64,000 nucleotides of DNA from the human T2T-CHM13v2.0 reference genome, Homo sapiens: NCBI RefSeq assembly GCF_009914755.1, contig NC_060926.1; one strand, given 5' to 3'. The position numbers were made by a program, and so were the translations under genes. The notes beneath the pieces are model-generated. The model saw only the letters and a list, made by a program, of their open reading frames with translations, had not been told where the DNA came from and made no database searches. Of this stretch, positions 29,718 to 43,940 are shown piece after piece. The first letter of the stretch is position 1. Every line of letters begins with the position of its first letter.

Positions 29718-29852
29718 TTTTTTTTTTTTTTTTTTTAGAAACAGAGTCTTGCTATGTTGTCCAGGCTGGCCTTGAACTCCTGTGCTCTAGCAATCCTCCC
29801 ACCTGAACTTTCCCTGTAGCTGGGGCTGAGGGTATGTGCTACCTTGCCTGGC
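29718..29852 (-). mobile_element. FLAM (monomeric Alu)
   Basis: T-tail plus a single left-arm-type monomer. Confidence 0.8.
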
Positions 29853-30547
29853 TTATTCCCCATAGTGTTAAAGTGAAATTGATGCTGTAGGACAGCTGTT
29901 TATTCATATCACCTTCTGCACAGTACTGTGTAATACCACGTATGGGAATAAGCACACGAGGAACATGGGATTGGTCCTAATAAAGAGTCCTGCACCATTA
30001 AGCTCTGCAGCCCAATACTGCATGGGGTAGTGCAATTCCATTTTGCTGATAAAAGAATAGGGGTAGATCATCATCCAAAGAGTTTTGATGTTAGGTGGTT
30101 ATACGATGGCTTTCAAGACAAAGAGATCTCTTTGCTTTGGGAATTGGGGGGAAGGAAGAGGAAAGTTTTAGGATAGAAACCTGGAATGTGGCTCTTAGCT
30201 TCTCACCCAGTTTGGGAGGAGAAATTGAAGAAGATGGCCAAATCGTTTCCTTTATTTCCATCACTGATGTGGTTCACTGTGCTTCTCCATGATGTTTGGT
30301 GTCGGGTTCATGACTGCTTCCCTCAGAAAAGGAGGGAGACCGTCTATACTTTATAGTAGATTAGTCATCAACTCAACAGGGTTGGAGTGGGTCTTAAAGT
30401 GGTTTCATTCTGCCCTCTTAGCTGATGCAAGAGTCTCCCACTCCCACTCTACACCGCATATCCCATTGAACGCTCTTGGTGATGGGTCACTCACTACTAA
30501 AGAGGGTGGCAGATTTTCTTGTTGGCCAACTCTAAACCAGGAATCCT

Positions 30548-30797
30548 TTGTTTTTTTTTTGGAGACAGGGTCTCACTTTGTGCAGTGGCATAATCATAGC
30601 TTATGGCAACCTTGAACTCTTGGGCCCAAGCTATCCTCCCACCTCAGTCTCTTGAGTAGCAGGGACTACAGGCATGAACCACCACACCTGGCTAATTTTT
30701 ATTTATTCATTTTTTGTACAGATGGGATCTCACTATGCTGCCCAAGTTGGTCTTAAATGCCTGACCTCAAGCGATACTCCCACTTTGGCCTCCCAAA
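30548..30797 (-). mobile_element. AluJ
   Basis: Diverged antisense Alu; imperfect TSD aaccaggaatccttt/aaccagaaattcttt. Confidence 0.85.
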
Positions 30798-31514
30798 GAA
30801 CCAGAAATTCTTTCTGTAACTTTCATCCACAGATAGCCTTGCCTCTTGATCATCAAAACATAATATAAGGTCTTAGTCTTCCCTAGTTTTACCATCCCCA
30901 TTCCTTTCACCCTTCATCTTACATTGAGGTTACCATGTTTTAACTCTTGCATTCACCCTTCTCAGGGAGTATTCATTCCAGGCACTCAGTCCAAAGTTGT
31001 ACCTGTCTGTCAGCAGCCAGGATGGTCTGATACTTTCTATTTGACAGAAAACGATTTGGGGTACAAACAAGGGCTGAGTAGCAGCAAGACCTAGGGTGGG
31101 GGCAGGATAGGTGGGAGGTAGCGAACTGAAGTGAGCCTTGTTTACTCATAGGCTACGGCTTTCTCCTCATCCCCAGTCCTGACACCTGTGAATTCCTCTT
31201 CTGGCCAAGCCCTAGAAATCTCCCCTCTCCGTGCACCCTCACTTTATTCAACTCTGGCCCCATTCTCTTCCTCATGCTGCAAGAAGCTCCCAGCTACTCA
31301 ACACAACAAGCCCACGCAGCGGCCTATGCCGTGGCCGTAGGTTGTATCCACTTCATGTTTCCTTGTTGGGCTTCTGTTTGAGCACAGACATGTTTCCACG
31401 CAGCATTTCTGTGGCGTTAAGTGCTCCCACCAACTACATTCCTGTGCCTCCCATCTTTTACTTCTGGTAACAATACTTTTGGTAAGGAAGTGTGTTGTGG
31501 AAGTTGACTTTTAT

Positions 31515-31582
31515 TAAATTACTTTAATTATTTCAATAAGAATGCCTCACTACTAAATTACTTTAATATTTCAATAAGAATG
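31515..31582. repeat. Local ~30-bp direct duplication
   Basis: taaattactttaat(t)atttcaataagaatg at 31515-31544 and 31554-31582. Confidence 0.9.
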
Positions 31583-31868
31583 TTTAGCTTATTTTTATTC
31601 TTACCATTGCTCTAACTAGAGAGTTACATTACTTTTATATGGTAAAGATAGAGGAAGGGGGAAAACATGAAACAATGGCTATTCTGTTTTTTGGATTCTT
31701 ATTTAAAGTTGGGTTCTCTCAGATATCTATGCCTGAAGTCCTATTTACTGAACCCAACCTACTCTGTATAAGATACACTATTTTTCTAGGAGCAGCCTTG
31801 GAGGAAGAAAGGAAATATCTGGTAGATACAGTACAAGTTGGTTCTGTTCCTATACCTAGTCTTGCAAC

Positions 31869-32045
31869 TTTTATTTTTTTATTTTTTATTTTTATTTTTT
31901 GAGACAGAGTCTCACTGTCACCCAGGCTGGAGTGCAGTGGCGTAATCATAGCTCACTGCAGCCTCGACCTCCTGGGCTCAAGCGATCCTCCTGCCTCAGC
32001 CTTGCAGAGTGCTGGGATTACAGGTGTGAGCCACTGTACCCAGCC
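31869..32045 (-). mobile_element. FRAM/AluJ monomer
   Basis: Single right-arm-type monomer with T-tail; TSD ca(a/g)cttttat. Confidence 0.85.
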
Positions 32046-32615
32046 AGCTTTTATCTTTTTTAGTGATTAAAAAAAAATAGTAGAACAGCAGTCCTGTTGA
32101 GGAATAGAATCTTTGAATCTTTGACCTTGGTGTTACGGACAAATACACTGAACCAGAGCTTTCCTCATTTTTTTGAAGATAAGACTCAGGGGAAAAAAAT
32201 TGCAGAACAGTGATTCCAAGTGGTGTTCTTTTTATACACATGATGACAAAGCACATATTATTAATTTATTCACTGATCTATGTTAAAGAGGCTGAAATAA
32301 TACTAGCATAAATATCAAGGCAGCAAGTTTGGCAAAATAATTTGCTGAATATTGAAAGCTCTTTTCAAAAAGTATCTTTTTTGTCACATCCAGGTCATGA
32401 TAAAACGTGTAAGTTTTTCTTCCTATATTGTATAAAAAGTAAACTGGCAACCTTACTTTTTGAAGAAGGGGGAAAGGAAAGTATGAATTAGGGACAGGAA
32501 AAGAGGAAGGCTCTAAATTCAGAAATATAGGCCCATATAAAACCACAAGATAGAAACATCCAGAGAAAGTTCAAAGACCTTTTTTCTAGTAAAGTTAATC
32601 CTTTCATAAAGTAGG

Positions 32616-32735
32616 TTTTTATTTTTACTTTTAGAAATGAGATCTCCCTATGTTGCCCCAGCTGAGCTCAAGTGATCCTCCAACCTCTGCTTCCCAAAAT
32701 GCTGGGATTGCAGGTGTGAGCCACTGTGCCCGGCC
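32616..32735 (-). mobile_element. FLAM_C-like monomer
   Basis: Left-arm monomer; TSD aaagtag. Confidence 0.8.
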
Positions 32736-34309
32736 AAAGTAGATTTAATTTTTTTTAAAAAATCATCACTTGCAGGTATTGGATAATCAGGTTAAGTTTT
32801 CTTGGGTTAGACGTGCAATTGACTGTGCAGCAGATAATGTCTGAAAGAAGACCGTGGTCACTGGGGAAGGAGGGGATGCTCCAGCACCCTACCAAAGTGA
32901 GTGCTATCATTGAATAAATAGATCTTAGCAATGCTAATGTCCAAAAAGTGCAAAAAAAAAAAAAAGAAAAGTATTGTGTTTTAGCAATTTAAATACATTA
33001 TGAAAAAAGCTTAAAAGAAATTATAATTACTTACTAATAAGATCTTTCAGAAATGACAAAAACCAAAAACGGCAGTTAAACAGAGGAATGAGAAAGAATT
33101 AGAAAATAGGCAAAGAGAGGGAAAGGATTCAGGGATCAATAGCACCTTTATTTGTTAATAATTGCTCTACAAAACTAAGAGATATAATATAAAACAATTC
33201 TGAAAATGGGGAGAGGAAAGCTATTGAGAGCATACCTGACCATAAAAACTGAAGGAATAGATGGCTAAATATGATATCAAGGGTTATTAAAATAATGAGA
33301 AAACCATTATTTCCATTAATTGCATGTATACCATATACTAGGCACTGTGCTCACGTATGCACTTTCACAGCACTGGTATTATTGCCAGTGAGAACAGTGA
33401 GGTCAGAGAGACACAGTGCCTTGCCCAAGTAGCTAATAACAGATCTGCTCATAGATCTCTCTAGTAGGGGTCTTTACCCTGAATCATGCTACTTCCCTGT
33501 TGAAATATCTCTTATTTGGAAGTGAGATGTATCAATGAAGTCAAATACTATGCAAACTTGATAACTTTGGGGCTATCAGTTTTGTGACATTGAATGGAAA
33601 AGATTTGAAATTTTTTATTTATGCATCTGGAAATGCCACAGTCTGAGAAAAAGTGATTTGTTAAAGTTACCGAGAGGTGGAGGGAGAGTTCAAACTCCTA
33701 TCAATCTAATTCTAAAACCTTGCTTTTTAACATTAGAACTGTAGTGGGGTCATTTTTGTTTTTAATTTGGGGCAAAAGTAACAGTGAAAAGGTAAATGAC
33801 TTATTTGAGGTCAACATGGATCTGAAAAATCAAGAAGCAAAATAGAAGGTCTGTGAATAGAGAAACTTAAGTCTATTTTTTTGGACTAGAAGATTGAAAA
33901 CTTTAAAAAGTAAAATAATTCTTTAAGATTTCCTACCTTCTTATGTTTCCACTTTTCATAATTAGGTGATGCTGCTATATATGCTTTCAGCAATTTGGTT
34001 AATAGTTAAATGTTTTTGAATTTTAATTTAAGGAAAACTTTAAATTAAAAATTTTTTGACATTCTACTCAAGTAGTGAAATGATTGGATTCAACCACCAA
34101 ATTATTGATTTTCAACATTTACAGAGTTGTGATGCCTTATTTTACTTTGATTTTTGTGACATTTCTGCTCTAACTTACCCTTCAGTATTGTATGGTAGAT
34201 ACTTAACATTTAAAACAGCTTTGAGAGTTTATAAAACAACAGTTAGAATCCTACAAAACTAAAACTGAGCATTGTTGCGTGGAGCAAAATTGCCTTTTTT
34301 GTGTAAAAG

Positions 34310-34640
<331 letters not shown>

Positions 34641-35599
34641 TAATGCAGTGAGATGAAAACGTTGGATTTGATTTGATATACCATGTAAATAAATTTATAT
34701 AGATGACTTTTTATTAAATTCTGGTATATTCATTAAGTGGAGAATACATTTGAAAAATTAGAACATAATTTAATCAAGTAGCAGTCTTCCCCAACACGCT
34801 TTAAATATAAATAACTAGCACTCAGATTTTTCATTCTTCTCGTCATAAATTGATCCCCTTAGAAAAATGATTCTTAAAGGAGAGAAAACTCAAGGGGAAA
34901 AAATATATATATGGTTTAACTTTCATGTATATGGGAGTGGAAATCTCAACCAAGTTTTTCAGCTACATCCATGATGCTTTGCCAAGCTCACTGGAGTTAA
35001 ACCTGTACTCACATACCCTAGATTACTAGTTTATTCGGTATTCAGATGGAACTTAATTTTTTATGGTTTCAATAAAACATTCAAGTAATTGGATAGTTCC
35101 ATTCACAACTAGCCAGTTCCCAAAATGGCATGGTGTATCACAAAATAGCAGTGATTCTGTGAAGAACCTGGCTAGTTGCCTCCTGTCAAGTGGTGAAATC
35201 CTGGAGAAGTGTGCTTCTCAAAGGTCAGCCTTTTTCTGGCACCCTTAGGTCAGTGTCAGTTGTGACTGATCCTGTCTCAGTTCATCCACATTCCCTGGGC
35301 TTGTTCTGCAGCATAAGGCTTACATGAATTCATACTGATCTCATCCTGCTTCAGACCTCTGCCTTTGTTTTGGAAAGGATTTCTCTACTCCTCCTTCTTC
35401 CCTGACCCTGGGATTCAGAGGGACCCAGTACTGAAAGTCCCAAATACACTCTCCGAAGAAGCCTAGGCAGCAGTTTCCAAATCAGGATTTGCTTCAGAAC
35501 CCTCCGGGGCACTTGTAAAAATTACACACCTTAAGTTTTACATGACTTGGTTGAAACCTTTCCAGCTACAAAAGGTATAATGGAAGAATAACCAGAAGC

Positions 35600-35930
35600 T
35601 ATTTACTCACTTATTCAACAAATGCTTTTTTAATGGAAAAGCTGCCTAACTGTGTACTTGGCTGTGTAGTAGGTGCTGAGGATCCAGATGTAAACAGAAC
35701 TGAGTTTTGACTTTAGGGAATTTATAGTCTGGTGGGAATTAAGTGGGAAAGATAAATGGGTAAAGAAAGGTGCTGTGGCACATGAGAGGGAGAATTCAGC
35801 TGTGCTCAGGAGACTCAAAGAGGTGGTCAGGGATAGGAGTTTGCTGTGCAGAGAAAAGTATTTGAAGCAGAGACACTAGCCTGTGTAGAAATGTGGAGAT
35901 GTGAGAGGTCAGTGTATATTGGGAAGTGCA
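35600..35930 (-). mobile_element. L2 3' end remnant
   Basis: ttattcaacaaatgc...gtaggtgctgaggatccagatgtaaacag...agggaatttatagtctggtggg. Confidence 0.65.
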
Positions 35931-36004
35931 GGCAGTTCCTCGTGTGTGTATGGGAAATGAGATGACATGAAGTCAAAGTGGCTATAAGTGGTCAATGAAT
36001 AACA

Positions 36005-37198
36005 CAAGAAACTTTCTTGGAATTAGAATACATGAGTTACAGATAGAAAGAGTTCACTGAGTGTCCTACCAATGAATGAAAAAGACTCATTCCTAAACAT
36101 ATCCTATTAAAATTCAGGATTCCTGGGATCAATAGAGGATCCTAAAAGCTTTCAGAGAGGAAAAAATAATATAAAAATGGTTAATAATCAGTAACATCAG
36201 ACTGCTCAGTAGCCACATTAGAAACTAGGAGAAAATGAAGTAATACTTTCAAAATTATATGGAAAATCATTTCCTACCTAGAATTGTATGCCCAACCAGG
36301 CTACCAATCAAGACATTTTAAGATATACAGATTCTCAAAAAATTCTATTCTGTGTGTTCTATTCAGGTAACTAATGGGAGATATGTGTCATCAAAACAAG
36401 GGAGTAAACCAAGAAAGGGAAGATGCGAAATCCAAAGACAAGGTTCTCACAGAGGAAAAAGGTGAAGGAAATTCTTAGGATGGTAGCCAACAGGAGTCCC
36501 AGTCCAAGTCAGGCCTAGAGAGCAACCATTCCAGCCAGACTGAATCAGGATGAAGGGCCTAGAAGGAGTGTCTCTAAAAACAATAGAACCAAAGAGTGAA
36601 AAAAAAAGAGAAATTACTTGTTTTAATTTTATTGAGAGGAGTTTTGCAGCTCGTGGGAGAGATTAATGGGGGGAATGTGTTAGGAGTGTAAAAAGCTAAG
36701 CAAACAACAACAAAAAAGCAAAAACAGGGCAACTAATAACTCTAAGAGAATCCAAACGTTATCCAAGAAAGGAAATGTAATTATTGAATCCTACATGGCA
36801 CTGCTGGGAATAATGTTTACTTTGTTGGATTACTGTAAACACTGACTATTGACTTAACCAAATGTTACAGTACGGTTGGAAGCTGGGAGGTTTGGGCAAG
36901 TATGCCATGCTTGCATGCATGGAGGTAGAGGGTGATATATGAGAACTAAATTCTTGTCTTCCACAGAAGTTAATAGATAATATCTAAAATGGAAAATCAA
37001 GAAATAGTAATATAAGCACATTCTTTAGAAATACAGAGTTCAGTGCCAGAAGAAAATGCTAAAGGAGTTGAAATTAGTTGCGTCTAGAGAGTGGGAATTG
37101 GGTATGGGGAATGGGGAGACAGGAAACTTCTATTTTTTATGATAAGCTTTGTAGTTCAATTTCATTTTAATGCTTTTATAAAAATAATTAACAAAAAT
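36005..37198 (+). mobile_element. HAL1-like element (ORF1 remnant plus 3' UTR)
   Basis: L1-ORF1-like text (gaactttcttggaatt...atcctaaaagctttcagagagg...cctagaattgtatgcccaacc) followed by a 3' end and A-rich tail, with no ORF2. Confidence 0.65.
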
Positions 37199-38096
37199 GT
37201 AAACCTAGTGTCTGTAATGCTGAGGGAACCTTGCAAATGGTGTTTGACATTTGGTTGAACAAACTTTTTAGCTTGCATACTCTATATACCTACCCTTGGC
37301 AACATTCCTGAATTTTATACAAATTTTGTTCTTTTCCATGTTTAACTAAATAGGAATTACAAAAAAGTTGGTAACATAAACTGTTGATTCACATATGTTT
37401 ATAGACTATATTTGGATACTATGATCTTTCCCTCACTCATATTTTTATGTGGAGTGTATCTTCTAAACTTTAGAGGATGAACAAATAACCCTTCCTCTTT
37501 CTCGCCTTCTCCCCAAAGTAGAGCAGCGTTTGACTTCATGTGAGAAATCAGCATTCTTCAGTGACCTGATTTTCCTGAAATGGGATGGCTAGCCAGCTGC
37601 ATGCTAAGATCTTTGAGCTGCCTGTGCACTTCACTCAGCAGAGCCCCAGGCTTTTTATGGAGAAATGTTGCCAGTTTATATGGATACAAACCAACCCCTT
37701 CTACCTTTTTATTTAAAAAAAAAAAAACTCACAGAAGAATGGAAAGAGTAGTAAAATGTCCAGATACCTGTCACCTAGATGTGCCAGTTCTTAACGTTTT
37801 GGCACACTTGCTTTCTCTCTCCCTCTCTCTATTCCTATGTACTTTTTTGGATGTGTGTGTCGGGGGACAGGGATGAGGACTGAACCATTTTAAAGTAAAT
37901 TATAGACATCATACTTTAAAATGGCTACATGCATTTCCCAAGCAATACATCCAAGGACATCCATCTATAAAGCAAAAATACCATTATTTGCCATGGATAA
38001 AATAATATCATCTAATTTATAGTTAATATTTAGATTTCTCTAATATCCCAATAATATTTTCTATAGATTTTTTTATCCAGAATCCAGTGATCATAA

Positions 38097-38417
<321 letters not shown>

Positions 38418-39179
38418 TAAGTTTTCCTTATGCTAGAAGTTTTTCTGCAAAAAACAAACAAAAAAAAACTTTCATGACATTCATAATTACAAGGAGCCTA
38501 GGCCAGATGTTTTGTAGAATGTCCTAGAAATATAGATTTGTCCCTCTTAAGGTTTTGGTTTATACTTTTTGCAAGAATAGTATAAACCACGTAAAATAGT
38601 ACACATGGGATAAAATAGTACACAAACTTTTTTATCCACTAATTTTAAGCATTTTATGTAGGTTCAAAATTTTAACCCAATTTTAGTCCAGTTTTTGTGT
38701 TTGTAAGTCTCACTAATCTATGGTTTGGCATACAGTGTTAACAATGGCCACTTACCTGGAGAATAGTAAAACTCCTTAGACTGTAGGAAAGATCACTAGA
38801 ATAATCTCTGGGAGGGGTAATACGTTTCTTTGGAAACAAGCATAATATTTTTTAACGTCCTTGGCAGTATTCTTTCGATGACTTAATATATTGTAATCAA
38901 GGGCAAATTTTTTCTACTCTTTAAGTTTTGTTACAGTATACAGTCCAGAGAGCCACTTCTGGCAAACAGTCCAGCTTTTCTGTCATCCCTAACCTGAAAG
39001 TTTGTTTTTGGAGTCTAAACGTTTATTGTGTGTTCAGTTTGCAGCCGTTTGGCTGTCTGTGTACCAGGATGCTCGGTGGCTTAGGTTGTGTATATTTTGT
39101 GTGAAGTGAGTGCAGCGTGGAGAGGTGGCATGCCTCAGATGCCAGGGGAGCTATGCAAGCTTGCTGTGGAAAGCATGCT

Positions 39180-39364
39180 TCCCGTCTGTCAGGGCTTCCT
39201 GAGAGGAGACCTGGTGACACAGTAGCCTTTCGGCAGAGCTCCTTGGGATGAGTAGGAAGTGCTGCTGCAGGTTTTGTCTGGGGGATATCTGAGCCATTTC
39301 TCTGTGGGCAGCTGTGTTTCAAAGTCTGGGCAGGTTGTTGTTGAATTTTGCGTGGGCTGCCAGG
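39180..39364 (+). other. MAP3K20: Candidate alternative non-coding first exon of MAP3K20 (start unknown)
   Basis: Near-consensus donor AGG|GTGAGT at 39364/39365, 167 nt upstream of the exon-2 acceptor, in a repeat-free G-richer segment. No obvious acceptor upstream. Confidence 0.55.
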
Positions 39365-39490
39365 GTGAGTGTTTTCGAATTGTTTATAATCTTGCTTTTC
39401 TTCTTCCTAAGTCACCGTGACTTTCTGGAAGTTTCACAGGACTCGTTCATGATATATTATCTAAAGTAGGATTCAGAGGATTTAGCCTAA

Positions 39491-39883
<393 letters not shown>

Positions 39884-42174
39884 TAGAAATTATTGCAGCG
39901 TGTGCTTTAGGGTTGAGTTCTACTAGGGGTCAGCTGAAGTAAGAGGATTTCTTTCCAGGGCATGAAAGACCAAATGTTCTCTGAGCTCTCCTGGAGGCAG
40001 AGGTGAGATTTTAGACCTTCCCAGGGTTCAAGCTTTTCTCTTCCCTGGGCAGCCAAGAGGGGTCGGTAAAGAGTAATGTGTGAAGTTTTTATACCCTTTC
40101 CATTTTCTCTGCTTGAACTTCTGGTCATCAGCAGTTGTCTTTTAAAAGATAAGACACTGTTTTTTTTAACTGAAATATGCAGTACCTGTTTCTTGGATTT
40201 CACCTCTACTTAAGGCTAACAGTGATGGTCTTTGTATTATATAGAATTAATAGGTGCCAGACAGAGAGCTGTCCTCCTAGTAAAATCAGAAAAGGGTCTT
40301 GGCTTTCAGAGCCTGGGATTTGTGCTGGTCCTAGTTGAGCTCAGAGCTCTTAGAACTGTCATCCTTCTCAGGAATGAGATATAACATGGTTGTCACATTC
40401 AGTTTGGTACCATGAGAATAAAAGTAATTACAGAGCTGACCTGCAGGGACTCAGCAGCATTGATAACTTCAGCAGCGACCCTCTGGAGCTGGTTTTGGTC
40501 ATTTCTATTTACGCCCTGTTTTGGCAAATTATTGTTCAATATCTTTTTAAAGTGAACTTTCCCATAAATATCCTTTAATCTCCCTGAATGATTTCATTTT
40601 TTTCATTAACTGCTGCCAGTGAACCATAGCAATTGATTAGAGAAGGAAACCCAAATGGTAGCACTTTGTGAGTTTCCTCCCAGCGGTGCTGTGTAATTGT
40701 GTGATCACCAGCTGTGTTTCCAATTGTTGAAGCCAGGTTAGAAGGACTGAGAGATCTCTGCCTTGGGGAATCTATAGGTTTTTGGAAGACATTAAGAAAG
40801 GAGAGCTTTTAAAGCCCATCCGTACACAAAACAGAAAGGTACTGGGTATGAGAAAGTCACTTTCCCTTTCCCCCATTTCTCAATCAATAAAAATTTTTAA
40901 TGGTAGCCAAGTAATAAATCCATGTCTTACCTTGGACTGAACCTAGCCCTTTTAGCTGATCAATTCTTTAAGTCCTTTATAGGAAGCATTATTGTCCCCA
41001 TTTTATGGATTGGGAAATAGAGCTTTGCGAAATGTATTAAGCTGCCCCAGGAGGGGCAAATGAAATCCAGGAGGCTAGAACCCCTGTTCTTTAGTTTTTG
41101 ACTCTGAAACCTCTAATTGACCAGGTACGAAGAGAAAACTAAACCTGCTCCATCCATTTATAGTCAGTTATTTATATATATGCTAATATTTTAGCTTTAG
41201 ATTGTACAACTTTAGTAAAAGGAACATGTTCTTATATGATTGTTCGATGTGAAAAAGATTTTATGAGACATGAAACAGATTTTGATAGGAAAATATTAAT
41301 TGTAACCCGTTCACTCCACTCCCCCGTCCCCAAGGATACCTACATAATACCTTTTCTTCTATTCTTGGGAGAGCCAGGAAAATGACATAGGAAAGTGCAG
41401 GAGTGAAAGCAGGAATTGGAAACTGCCAAATCCTGCTTTCGTGCAGGTATTTAACATGAATGTAGGTAATTCAGAAATTGAGTTGATTCCAGTAAACTGT
41501 AAGAGCATAACTCATAAACCTGTAGGTAGGAAAAACAAAACCTCCACTTTTGCTTTGGGGCTTAGTCAGTGATTATGAGTGATAAAGAGACACAGTAAAT
41601 TATGGCAAAGAACCCCTATTTGTACTGGAATAACATGAGTTTAAGACATAAAAAGTTATGGCGAGGAGTTGACAGTTACTAGCAAGGAAATATACATTTC
41701 TTACGTAAATAATTGTTATGCTTTATGAAATGTGTGTTGGCTTCTGGCTAGGTGTTTTCTAAGTGATAAGATAAAGGTAATAAGCCCTGGATTTTTTCCA
41801 AATTTATAGATCCAGTTCCATGTCACTTGGTTGTTTTTTGCCAATGAGTTTTAGAAGCAATGGAACACTTAATAAAATGTTCGCAGCTCATTTCATGTGA
41901 CTCTTTAAGAATGACTTAATATTAGACTAAATATATGTTCTATAAACTTAGCAAAATGTAGAGAAAATATATACCAAACTCTAACTTTGTTTATGTGAGA
42001 GGAGAAAGGAAGACTATTTACTTTCACTTTATTTGCAGACCTCTAGTGTAGTGAGTATGTACTACTTTTCTCTGTTTTAGTGGGTATACTACTACTTTAT
42101 TTAAAAACAAAAAAGAAAGACTGTATTTACTTAAAATCTCTGTAGTTCTTTAAAACTTTATTTAAAAAAATTTT

Positions 42175-42682
42175 TATATACCCAAAGGACTATAAATCAT
42201 GCTGCTATAAAGACACATGCACACGTATGTTTATTGCAGCATTATTCACAATAGCAGAGACTTGGAACCAACCCAAATGTCCAACAATGATAGACTGGAT
42301 TAAGAAAATGTGGCACATATACACCATGGAATACTATGCAGCCATAAAAATGATGAGTTCATGTCCTTTGTAGGGACAAGGATGAAATTGGAAATCATCA
42401 TTCTCAGTAAACTATCGCAAGAACAAAAAACCAAACACCACATATTCTCACTCATATGTGGGAATTGAACAATGAGATCACATGGACACAGGAAGGGGAA
42501 CATCACACTCTGGGGACTGTTGTGGGGTGGGGGGAGGGGGGAGGGATAGCACTGGGAGATATACCTAATGCTAGATGACGAGTTAGTGGGTGCAGCACAC
42601 CAGCATGGCACGTGTATACATATGTAACTAACCTGCACAATGTGCACATGTACCCTAAAACTTAAAGTATAATAAAAAAAAA
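42175..42682 (+). mobile_element. Young 5'-truncated L1PA (L1PA2/3-like), ~0.5 kb
   Basis: Near-consensus L1 3' end with GAG (not Ta ACA) at gatgacgagttag, G-rich tract, AATAAA 42671-42676; TSD aaaaaaattttt. Confidence 0.93.
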
Positions 42683-42689
42683 TTTTTTT

Positions 42690-43940
42690 AAACCTAGAGA
42701 ACAATTAAAAGAATACTACTATGAACTCTAGTACGTTTTATTCTTCCCCTACACTCACCATTTAGTAACATTTTACATTTGCTTTTTCTCTATATGTTAT
42801 TGATTTATATGTATTCATATATATTGTATGATTTTTGCTGAACGATGAGAGTACATTACAGATGCCATGTACCTTTATCCCTAAATACTTCAGCATCTCC
42901 CAAAACACAACCACAGTACAATTAACAAATTCAAAAAATGTAACAATGATAACAATAATGTTACTTGTTATACAGTCTATATTCACATTTTGCCAACTTT
43001 TGCAATGCGAGCTTTTGATGGCAATTTTTCCAACCCAGGATCCAATCCAGGATCGTATATTGCATATAATCGACATGTCTGTTTAGCCCGGCTTAATCTG
43101 GAACAGTTTCTCTGCCTTTCTCTGTCTTTTAAGACGTAGACATTTTGGAAAAGTATAGGATAAGTGTTTTGTATAATGTCCCTCATTTGGGGTTTATGTG
43201 ATTTCCTCCCCAGCCCCCAGCCTAGTCAGAGTTTATGTAGTTTTGGCAGGAAAACTACATAGGTTGTGTGTCCTTGGTGTGTCTTAATGGGTGTCTTGTG
43301 ATGTTGGTTAGTCTCATTATTGATGATGTTAGTTTTGAATGCTTAGTTAAGAGGGGTTTACCCAATTTCTCCACAGTACAAGAAAATACCTATTTTTCCT
43401 TTGTAATTAATAATTAAGCTATTGGTAGATACTTTGAAGCTAAGTAAATATCTTTCCTCAGCAAACATTTACTAATGTTTTTAGCATCTATTGATGATTC
43501 TTGTTTGGATCAAATAGTACTATAACAGTTTACTGTGCAGAAAGTAAAAAGTTCTAGCATAAGTGAGTTTGCCCTTATTTTTTCCTTTCTTCCTTTAGTC
43601 AACCATTCATTCATGTATTTATTGTTTGATCGTATACTTAAAGACTTTTTGGAACTCAGAATGTTATAATCCATTAGTGTTATTCATTTTCATGCTTAAA
43701 CTATCCCAAATTTAGCAAGTAAGAGCTCTTTCCAGCTGGCTCTTGTGTCCTTTTGGTATGTCGCTGTCATTTTTTTATGATTTTCTTACTTCAGGCACAA
43801 AAAGATGTACTAGGCTCATCTAGTTCCTGTCTCATTCCTGGAGTCAGCCATGTTTTTGAGAAGCCCTGAGTCAATATACCTGATTTTGGAGTATATTATT
43901 TAGGAACCAAGATTTGGGTACTAGGATTGTTTACTTTAGA
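42690..43940 (-). mobile_element. Old L1MC/L1ME 3' UTR remnant
   Basis: cctaaatacttcagcat...caggatccaatccaggatcgtatattgcat...ggagtcagccatgtttttgagaagccctg...ggaaccaagatttgggtactagg. Confidence 0.7.
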
